Source: a candidate division WOR-3 bacterium
GTDB lineage: Bacteria > Hydrothermota > Tepidihabitantia > Tepidihabitantales > Tepidihabitantaceae
Length of the DNA stretch: 64,000 nucleotides
Direction: 5' to 3'
NCBI GenBank assembly: GCA_965648905.1
Contig: CBFGIT010000003.1
Location: forward strand, 93,844-157,843
The translations under genes were made by a program, and so were the position numbers. This document shows positions 9,079-16,161 of this stretch, piece by piece (the first letter of the stretch is position 1; the number at the start of each line of letters is the position of its first letter). The notes beneath the pieces were generated by a model. That model was not told where the DNA came from. It searched no databases and saw only the letters and a list, made by a program, of their open reading frames with translations.

Positions 9079-10281
9079 ATGATGAAAAGACTATTCCTGC
9101 TTGGTGCTCTGCTGCTTGCCGTGGCCTGCCAGAAACCGGCCAATGAACTCGACGTCGACACGAATCTGCCGCTTGAGACCGGGGCCGGGAACCTGCCTCG
9201 GGTCTGGTCTGTGACCCCGTCGTTGCGGGGAATGCTCCAGGACGATAACCCGGACGTCGCCGGGGTCCAGGCCACGGTCATGGTCCGGTTCCGCGACTTC
9301 ATGGACCCGGCTTCGGTCACCGACAACGTCAGCGTGCTCAACACAACCACCAACCTGCTCCTCAACGGACTGGAAACGTGGTACAATGCCGATGCCCGCA
9401 CCCTCTATCTCCGGCATTCGAACTGGGCCCAGAGTAGCGCGTACCTCCTGACCATCGGCACCGGCGGCGCCCGGAACCGCTGGGGCAAGCCGCTCGACGG
9501 CAACGGCAACCGGACCGAAGAAGGCACGCCCTACGACGACTTCCTGACCACGTTCTACACCTCAGGCACGACCCCGGACAGTTGCGTCTCGACCATGCCG
9601 CCCGTGGTGCAGACGTTCGACCCTGATACCGAGGCGATTGACGACACGATGCCTGATATCACCATCAGCTTCTCCGAGTTGATGGACACAACCACGCTCA
9701 CCACGGCCAACTTCCTGCTCAAGGATACAACCGGTTCATCAGTGCCGCTGGAGCGTGTCTGGGTGAACGACATGGCCGTCTGCTTCCGGCCGCGCGCCGG
9801 CTCGCCCCTGCTCTACGGCATGAAGTACACGATGACCGTGACGAGCAGCGCCGTGCGTGCCCGCGGCCTGCCGCGCACGCCCGGCCATGTCCTGCTGCTT
9901 GATGCCGACGCCGACGGGCCGGAAGAAAACGAACCCGACTACCTGAGCTACTTCCTCTGTGATACGCTCGACGCCCCAAACGTCGACGGCATCACCCCGA
10001 CGAACAACGGCCTGCTCTTCGACTTCAACGACGACATGGACGAGACCACGTTGACTTCGGCGAACGTCCGGGCGTTCGACCGCGATGGTTATGTCCCGGG
10101 TACGTTCGTCTTCATGCGGGTCTCAGGCGACACGCGCCTGGCGTACTACTTCTCGCGGCCGGTGAACGGAACCCTGCGGGCGTTTGTGTCGAACGAGGTC
10201 AAGGCGAAGAATGGCCGACGCCTCGACGCAAACGACAACGGTATCGGCGGCGAGCCACAAGACGACTACTGGTGGCCGTAG
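9079..10281 (+). CDS. Lipoprotein with repeated Ig-like (Big_5-like) domains
   Basis: Lipobox LAVAC; three F-x-x-x-MD-x-x-(S/T) repeats, each followed by an LD...D(Y/F) segment. Confidence 0.75.
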   Translation: MMKRLFLLGALLLAVACQKPANELDVDTNLPLETGAGNLPRVWSVTPSLRGMLQDDNPDVAGVQATVMVRFRDFMDPASVTDNVSVLNTTTNLLLNGLETWYNADARTLYLRHSNWAQSSAYLLTIGTGGARNRWGKPLDGNGNRTEEGTPYDDFLTTFYTSGTTPDSCVSTMPPVVQTFDPDTEAIDDTMPDITISFSELMDTTTLTTANFLLKDTTGSSVPLERVWVNDMAVCFRPRAGSPLLYGMKYTMTVTSSAVRARGLPRTPGHVLLLDADADGPEENEPDYLSYFLCDTLDAPNVDGITPTNNGLLFDFNDDMDETTLTSANVRAFDRDGYVPGTFVFMRVSGDTRLAYYFSRPVNGTLRAFVSNEVKAKNGRRLDANDNGIGGEPQDDYWWP

Positions 10282-10299
10282 TGCACCCCTGATCCGATT

Positions 10300-10328
10300 C
10301 CGGGCCCTGGGCTTTGTCCGGGGCCCGG
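10300..10328. terminator. Hairpin between convergent genes, probable terminator
   Basis: CCGGGCCC...GGGCCCGG stem, followed by TCTGTTT on the plus strand. Confidence 0.55.
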
Positions 10329-10341
10329 TCTGTTTGCCGCG

Positions 10342-11091
10342 CTACTTCTTCAGCGCGGCCTTGGAGAAGATGTAGTCCGGGATATCAACGTTGAACCGGA
10401 CCGAGTCGAGCTTGAACTCGGTCCCGAGCCCGGCCTTGAGCACGTCGCGGAACACGGCCTTCCGCGCCAGCCACCGGCCGTCGAACTGCCCGACTTCCTT
10501 CACTTCCATGGTCTTGAGCAGCTTGCCGCCTTTGGAGTACCGCTCGTCCCGAAGCACCAGGTCACGTTCCTTGTCCACCCAGAGCTTGCGCTGCTGGTAG
10601 GCGACGTCGGCCGACTTCGCCACGAGCTCAAGCTGCCAGACCGGCCGGCCTGCGACCGTATCCGTGCCGGTGACAGCGGCATCGTAGCTGCTGGCCAGGG
10701 TGCGGTCTTCAAGCAGGTCCTCATACGAAAGGTCTGACCCCGAAACTGACTGGCGCAGCATGTGGCCGGATATCAGTATTGTCCGGTCGCTGGCCGGCGA
10801 GTAGGTCCAGAGCTGGCTGCCGAGCTTGAGCATCTTGGTGCCCTTATCGCGCTCCGGAGCCAGGTACTCGCTGAACGACCGGTCCGCGCCGCTGACCCAG
10901 GACCTGGTTCTGATGGTACGCGTGCCCCGGCGGCCGTGAATCGTCATCTCGCCCACCACCACCTTGTTGCCTGCGACGGCATTGGCATCGATGCGCTCAA
11001 GCAGGGCCTTGCCGTCGGGCAGCTCTGCTGCCAGACACAGACCCAGGAGTAGAACACATGCCGCCCCCAGACGTTGGACTCTCGACTTCAT
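10342..11091 (-). CDS. LolA-like outer membrane lipoprotein-sorting protein
   Basis: YLAPERDKGTKMLK, LWTYSP, GSDLSYEDL, FSKAALKK motifs. Confidence 0.85.
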   Translation of the reverse strand: MKSRVQRLGAACVLLLGLCLAAELPDGKALLERIDANAVAGNKVVVGEMTIHGRRGTRTIRTRSWVSGADRSFSEYLAPERDKGTKMLKLGSQLWTYSPASDRTILISGHMLRQSVSGSDLSYEDLLEDRTLASSYDAAVTGTDTVAGRPVWQLELVAKSADVAYQQRKLWVDKERDLVLRDERYSKGGKLLKTMEVKEVGQFDGRWLARKAVFRDVLKAGLGTEFKLDSVRFNVDIPDYIFSKAALKK

Positions 11092-12356
11092 CCTGAAAAC
11101 TCCTTTGCCAGCACTGCGGTCTGGCGTCGGTATACCCCGAGTCCGGAGATGGCCGCGCCGATGAACGTTGCAAGTAGTCCGGGCACAAGACCGATGACCG
11201 CGCTCTGCGGCTCGATGCGCGCGCGCAGCACGTCGTCAATCACCATCGTCGCATTGGGCATCATGCCCGAGATATTGATGCCGACCTCCTGCAGGTACAG
11301 GCTGAACCCGAGCCCGACCAGAGTGCCGGCGGCCGAGCCTGCAATCCCGATGACCAGCGCCTCAGCCAGAAGCGACCGGTACACCTGCCATTTCGACTCG
11401 CCGATTGCCAGCCGGATGCCGATTTCGCCGTAGCGCCGCAGACTGCCCATCAGCCCGGCATTCCAGAGCACCACTGCCATTGCGGTGACGAATATCCCGA
11501 CAATCAGCGCGGTCGCCGCACCGATAAGGTCGAACATCGAACCCAGGCCGCTGGCAACCCGCATCGTCTGCATCTCGGGTGCGAATTCGTCCTCGCCCGC
11601 GTGCGCACGGTTGAACCGGGCTGCCAGTTGCGCTGCCTGCCGGTCGTCATAACCCGCGCCAGGCAGAAACCCGAGCACCTCGTCTGCCGCGTCGTTCATG
11701 TCCAGGGCCTGCTGGATGTCGTGGATGTCAGCAACCAGGGCGGCCCGGTCCATCGCCGACACGCCGAACCGCACCGTGCCCGACAAGGTGAAGTTCTGCA
11801 CTGCCATGCTGCCGTACATCGTCGAGGAGATGAGCGTCACCTGGTCCCCGGGCCTGACCCCGAGCCGGTGCGCAAAGGCGTCGGACAGAAGCACCTCGCC
11901 CGGCTTCTGGGGCAGTTGGCCCGAGGCAAGCGACTGCTCGAGCCGGAGGACGCGACGCTCAGCGCTGCCTTCGGACAGGTCCACGGCCAGACCCGCAGCC
12001 GGCGACTGCACGCGCGTGCTGCCGGTCGAGTCGGGCACATCGACCAGGCCGCCGAAACGGGTGCGCGGGGTCCAGACTGCTTCCGGAAAGTCGCGCCTGA
12101 GCTCGCCGATGACTTCGTCCAGGCCGAGCAGGGCGAGTTCGTTGGTCGCATCAGTGCCGGCCCGGGCCCGGGCACGCGTCGTCACCTGCACGTGGCCGGT
12201 GACGAAGTTCGCGGTTGCCTGGAACATCGCGTCGGACGCGCCGCGCAGATAGTTATCCATCAGGACGACCAGCGACACGCCGATCGCCACGGTCAGGAAC
12301 GGAAACAGACTCCGGCTCCGGTCGCGCATCAGCCCCTTGACCAGGAAGCCAATCAT
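11088..12356 (-). CDS. ABC transporter permease (FtsX/LolE-like)
   Basis: Transmembrane segment plus large periplasmic loop; RRYGEIGIRLAIG. Start placed at ATG 12356 because the upstream ORF part is heptamer repeat. Confidence 0.88.
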   Translation of the reverse strand: MIGFLVKGLMRDRSRSLFPFLTVAIGVSLVVLMDNYLRGASDAMFQATANFVTGHVQVTTRARARAGTDATNELALLGLDEVIGELRRDFPEAVWTPRTRFGGLVDVPDSTGSTRVQSPAAGLAVDLSEGSAERRVLRLEQSLASGQLPQKPGEVLLSDAFAHRLGVRPGDQVTLISSTMYGSMAVQNFTLSGTVRFGVSAMDRAALVADIHDIQQALDMNDAADEVLGFLPGAGYDDRQAAQLAARFNRAHAGEDEFAPEMQTMRVASGLGSMFDLIGAATALIVGIFVTAMAVVLWNAGLMGSLRRYGEIGIRLAIGESKWQVYRSLLAEALVIGIAGSAAGTLVGLGFSLYLQEVGINISGMMPNATMVIDDVLRARIEPQSAVIGLVPGLLATFIGAAISGLGVYRRQTAVLAKEFSG

Positions 12357-12370
12357 GACCGCGTCCCCAC

Positions 12371-12405
12371 ATTCTGCATTCTGCACTCTGCACTCTGCAC
12401 TCTGA
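12371..12405. repeat. Heptamer tandem repeat (A(T/C)TCTGC x5)
   Basis: attctgc attctgc actctgc actctgc actctga in the gap between permease genes. Confidence 0.85.
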
Positions 12406-12414
12406 CTTCCCGCC

Positions 12415-13605
12415 TCACGTCATTCTCCCGGACAGCGCCTCGGTCGGCTTGAGTTTGGCAATCCTGCGCGTCGGTATCCACGAGACGAACGTGGTCACGA
12501 CAAAGACGAGCACGGTCGTGCCCAGAATCAGGCTCGCGGTGAACGCCGGGTACAGCCTGTCACCCATGGCAAAGCCCCAGGTGTCGCCGCCCGGCAACGA
12601 GAAGCCGTTGCGTTCAAGGTAGTAGAAGAACGGCCCGCCATAGGCGAGTCCGAGCAGGGCGGCCAGCACGCTGTGCAGGCCACCTTCAAGTGTGAACATG
12701 ACAATGACCTGGAGTCGGGTCATGCCCAGGGCGATGAGCATGCCGATTTCCCGCCTGCGTCGGAATATCGAGAGCACCTGGGTGTCGAACATCGCCAGCA
12801 TCGCCAGCAGGAACAAGACCGTGAACATGATCGACTGGCCCACGGTCTTGGACCGAACCATCATTCGCAGGTCCGAGAGCAGGTAGGCGGGCGTGCGAAA
12901 GGTCCAGCCCGCACGGGACATGACCGAATTGTCCGGCAATTCGGATCGTGTCCCAGGCCCCTTAGCCACGGTGACAACCGTTGCCTGGCCCGGCATTGCG
13001 GCGAGCTCGCGCAGCTTATCAAGCGGCACCCACACCTGGCCGTGGTCAACCGTAGCAACGCTGGTCTCGAAGACTTCCACGACCCGTCCGTCGCGCGCGT
13101 CAAACGCGCCGCTGGCGTCGCGCCACTGCACGGTCACGACGTCGCCAAGCCCGAGCCCGGCCGACCTCGCCATCCGGCGGCCCAGAAGCACAGGCAGGTC
13201 CTCGTCCTCGGCCAGCCTCGCGGTCGGGATGGAAAGCACCTTCTGAGCCGGGTCGATGCCCTTGATGAACACCGGCATCAGGCGGCCCTGCGGGTAGATG
13301 CTGCCCTGGACAATGAGTATCGGCGCGGCCTTGCCCGCCTCAACCAGCGCCGCAAGCTCGCTCGGCACCACGGCATGGGCATCGGCCAGGGTCAGCGGGT
13401 CAAACGGGTCGTAGCCCTGGGCCCAGTACTGGCCGCCGCCGACTTCGAATGCGATTGACGAATCCTCGGCCTGCTTGTTCACGCCGCGCAGCATGCCCTG
13501 GCCGAAGATGATGGCGACGAACGCGAACGACAGGGCCAGGGCGTTGAGAAACGTCCTGATGCCCGCCCCGCGCAGATTCCGAATCGCGAGCCTGAGGACA
13601 ATCAT
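12415..13605 (-). CDS. ABC transporter permease (FtsX/LolE-like)
   Basis: LAIRNL at the N-terminus; RRREIGMLIALG; LKPTEAL at the C-terminus. Confidence 0.9.
   Translation of the reverse strand: MIVLRLAIRNLRGAGIRTFLNALALSFAFVAIIFGQGMLRGVNKQAEDSSIAFEVGGGQYWAQGYDPFDPLTLADAHAVVPSELAALVEAGKAAPILIVQGSIYPQGRLMPVFIKGIDPAQKVLSIPTARLAEDEDLPVLLGRRMARSAGLGLGDVVTVQWRDASGAFDARDGRVVEVFETSVATVDHGQVWVPLDKLRELAAMPGQATVVTVAKGPGTRSELPDNSVMSRAGWTFRTPAYLLSDLRMMVRSKTVGQSIMFTVLFLLAMLAMFDTQVLSIFRRRREIGMLIALGMTRLQVIVMFTLEGGLHSVLAALLGLAYGGPFFYYLERNGFSLPGGDTWGFAMGDRLYPAFTASLILGTTVLVFVVTTFVSWIPTRRIAKLKPTEALSGRMT
12915..12954. repeat. REP/MITE-like palindrome inside the permease CDS
   Basis: GGGACATGACCGAATTG-TCCGG-CAATTCGGATCGTGTCCC. 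Confidence 0.75.
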
Positions 13606-14327
13606 GATATCAGACCCGTCTGACTCGGCTGATTGGTCTGGGTCCGGTCATCGACCACCGCGCCGTCAATGAGCGATATCTTGCGCCTCAGGTAGCCGAT
13701 GACCTTCTCGTCGTGGGTCGAGAAGACAAAGGTCGTGCCCAAATCGCGGTTCAGCTCGACCATGGTCGCGAGTATCTTGTGCGAGTTCTCGGCATCAAGG
13801 TTCGCGGTCGGCTCGTCGGCAAGGACAATAGAAGGCCGCTTGACCACGGCCCGGGCAATCGCGACGCGCTGACTCTCGCCCCCGGAAAGCTGGGTCGGTT
13901 TCGACCTGGCCCGGTCGGCCAGACCGACCCATTCCAGCGCGGCCATCACTGCCTTGCGCCGCTCAGCCGGGCTCATGCCCAACAGCAGCAGAGGAAACTC
14001 GACGTTCTCATAGGCCGTGTACACTGGCAGCAGATTGAACGTCTGGAATATGAAGCCAATCTGGCGCGAGCGCAGGGCCGCAGCCTCGCGTGCGGACAAG
14101 GTCTCCACCCGATGACCCAGCACGGTCGCGCTGCCCGAGCTCGGCGTGTCGAGCGTGCCGATGATGTTGAGCAAGGTGGTCTTGCCCGAACCCGACGGCC
14201 CGACCAGCCCGGCAAACTCGCCCTTGTGGAACGTCAGGCTGATGCCTTTCAGGGCCACAAGCTCGGTCCGGCCCATCGGATACTTCCGCACCAGATTCTC
14301 GGTGCTAATCACCACGCCGTCATTCAT
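13602..14327 (-). CDS. ABC transporter ATP-binding protein (LolD-like)
   Basis: GPSGSGKT, LSGGESQRVAIARA, LADEPTANLD. Start uncertain (14327-14381). Confidence 0.92.
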   Translation of the reverse strand: MNDGVVISTENLVRKYPMGRTELVALKGISLTFHKGEFAGLVGPSGSGKTTLLNIIGTLDTPSSGSATVLGHRVETLSAREAAALRSRQIGFIFQTFNLLPVYTAYENVEFPLLLLGMSPAERRKAVMAALEWVGLADRARSKPTQLSGGESQRVAIARAVVKRPSIVLADEPTANLDAENSHKILATMVELNRDLGTTFVFSTHDEKVIGYLRRKISLIDGAVVDDRTQTNQPSQTGLIS

Positions 14328-14344
14328 CACTGCCTCCGATTCCT

Positions 14345-14400
14345 CTTCTGCCTTCTGCACTCGGGCTTCTGCCTTCTGCATTCTGCCTTCGTCCTTCTTA
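14345..14400. repeat. Heptamer tandem repeat (CTTCTGC-like x8)
   Basis: cttctgc cttctgc actcggg cttctgc cttctgc attctgc cttcgtc cttctta. Confidence 0.85.
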
Positions 14401-15432
14401 ATGGTTGTACCCCACCATCACCTGCACGCCCCTGCCCTGGCTCGAATTGGAAACGCGATTCTGCATCGTGTCTCCGCCTGGACCCCAGAACGCGGAGAAG
14501 TAGAACATCCATCGGTCCAGCGTCCGCTGCCAGCCGACATGGCTGTAGACGTCCTTGTTGCTCCAGTCGTACATCACGATACCGCGCAGGTTGTCCAGAA
14601 GCCCGAGCGGATAGCTGACCATCAGTGCCGAGAACTGCCGGCCTTCATCCGACTCCACCCCCTCGGTAAAACTGCCGACAACCATGTGCTCGGCCACCAC
14701 TGCCAGCCCGTTGCCGACGCCGAAGGTGTAGTCCAGGCCAACAGTCGCCGACCACTGCCACCAGTCCGTGTCTGCGAACCTGTGAACAGCTTGCCTCATG
14801 GTTGTTCCTTCGAGCCACAGGCCCACGCCGACGTCCCATTTCCCATCAATTCCCAGCCGGTCTTCGTCCATCTGCACCTGCACCGGGAAAGGGCTGATTG
14901 CGGTATCCTGCGTTCGGCGGTGGTGATAGCTCGCCGCGAGTTCGCCACGCGGCACGGGTAACTGCGCCCGGCCGCCGAACTCAGGCCTCCAGCGCTCAGA
15001 GCCGATATACTCCCAGCCCTTGGGTTCGGAGTTGCCGACCAATCCCCATGCCCAAAGGTTCGCGTTGTTCTGGAAATAGTAGCGGCCGAGCAGGCCATAC
15101 ACGCCATCGGTCAGACCCAAGGGGTCGCGCGGGTCCAGTCGGTCAAACCACATCAAAGGCCGCAGCAACGTGGCCGAGCCGAAATTGATTTTCTGCAAGC
15201 CTGCCCGCGCCTCAAACCTTGCGGTCGAGTACCGCACCCAGAACCGGTACGGCCTCACCTTGACGTGCGTGCTGATGCTGTCCACTGAATGCGCCATTGC
15301 CGAGGCAAAGGCGTTCACCGACGCCTCGGCATCGAACCGCCCAAACTCAGCCTCCAGTTCCGGAATCAAGCGCAGCCCGGCCGGCACTGTCAACGGCGAA
15401 AGTCCGAGCCCGAGCCACCCCGCGAGCATAAT
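14398..15432 (-). CDS. Putative outer-membrane beta-barrel protein of the Lol-like operon; 5' end abuts the RAYT element and may be truncated
   Basis: RAGLQKINFG, FDRLDPRDP, DGVYGLLGRYYF; aromatic-rich strands; no clear signal peptide before the element boundary. Confidence 0.65.
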   Translation of the reverse strand: MMLAGWLGLGLSPLTVPAGLRLIPELEAEFGRFDAEASVNAFASAMAHSVDSISTHVKVRPYRFWVRYSTARFEARAGLQKINFGSATLLRPLMWFDRLDPRDPLGLTDGVYGLLGRYYFQNNANLWAWGLVGNSEPKGWEYIGSERWRPEFGGRAQLPVPRGELAASYHHRRTQDTAISPFPVQVQMDEDRLGIDGKWDVGVGLWLEGTTMRQAVHRFADTDWWQWSATVGLDYTFGVGNGLAVVAEHMVVGSFTEGVESDEGRQFSALMVSYPLGLLDNLRGIVMYDWSNKDVYSHVGWQRTLDRWMFYFSAFWGPGGDTMQNRVSNSSQGRGVQVMVGYNH

Positions 15433-16160
15433 GGGGACGCTACCCATTTCCCCGCCTCGCTCTGCCGCGCGGCAGCGCGCGCAGGCGTCGCCCCGCCTGC
15501 CGCTCCAGTTCGTCAACGAAGCTCGCGCTGCCCATCGGCCGCCCGGTGCGCGTGCGCATGCGCAGACGCTCCAGTTCCTCGCTGTCGTCCTCTGTCTTCA
15601 GCCACTCGGCCCAGTCCTCGATGGATGACAGCAGACCGCGCCTGTCTGAGAGCAGCGGGTCATGCCGCACGCCGGTGTGGCCTGCGGCGCTGCTCCACAG
15701 GTAGTCCTGAGCAGCGCGCACCATTCCGGCCCGCACCGGGTTCTGCTCGACGTACCGCACCGCCAGCAGGGTGTGCACCGGGTCCATCGGGCACGAGAAG
15801 AACCGCTCCTGCCACAGCCGTCCGCTCCAGCCCTGAGTCTTGTTCACATGCTGGGCGTAACGCAGGTTCACCGGTTTCAGCACCCGGGCAAGCGAGCTCT
15901 CGTGCTCGGGCACCACGACCAGATGGAGATGATTGTCCATGAGGCAGTAGGCCAGAAGCTCCAGCCCGCAGTCCTGCGCGTAGGCGTGCAGCAGGCTGAG
16001 GAACCGTCTGCGGTCGTTGTCGGAATAGAATATCTCAGTTCGTCGGTTACCGCGCTGGGTTACATGGTGCGCAACACCGGGCACGACCAGCCGGGCGATT
16101 CTGGCCACGGGCTATCATACGACGAGGCTGACAGGCGTCAAGTAAATAGGTAGCGTCCCC
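15433..16160 (-). mobile_element. RAYT-like (Y1 HUH) element bounded by 17-bp terminal inverted repeats
   Basis: GGGGACGCTACCCATTT (15433-15449) versus the reverse complement of 16144-16160, GGGGACGCTACCTATTT (16/17 identical). Confidence 0.8.
15440..16108 (-). CDS. REP-associated tyrosine transposase-like protein (Y1_Tnp/RAYT)
   Basis: HHVTQRGNRR, YCLMDNHLHL (HUH), GRLWQERF, YVEQNPVRAG, YLWSS; the stop codon lies inside the TIR. Confidence 0.92.
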   Translation of the reverse strand: MARIARLVVPGVAHHVTQRGNRRTEIFYSDNDRRRFLSLLHAYAQDCGLELLAYCLMDNHLHLVVVPEHESSLARVLKPVNLRYAQHVNKTQGWSGRLWQERFFSCPMDPVHTLLAVRYVEQNPVRAGMVRAAQDYLWSSAAGHTGVRHDPLLSDRRGLLSSIEDWAEWLKTEDDSEELERLRMRTRTGRPMGSASFVDELERQAGRRLRALPRGRARRGNG

Positions 16161-16161
16161 T

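Noticed and set aside
9070..9081. In-frame TGA between the barrel and lipoprotein genes (TGA GGA GGA ATG) as a third readthrough site
   Set aside because: The barrel ends in a typical terminal Phe, the spacer is an SD, the next gene has its own lipoprotein signal, and no SECIS-like hairpin is evident.
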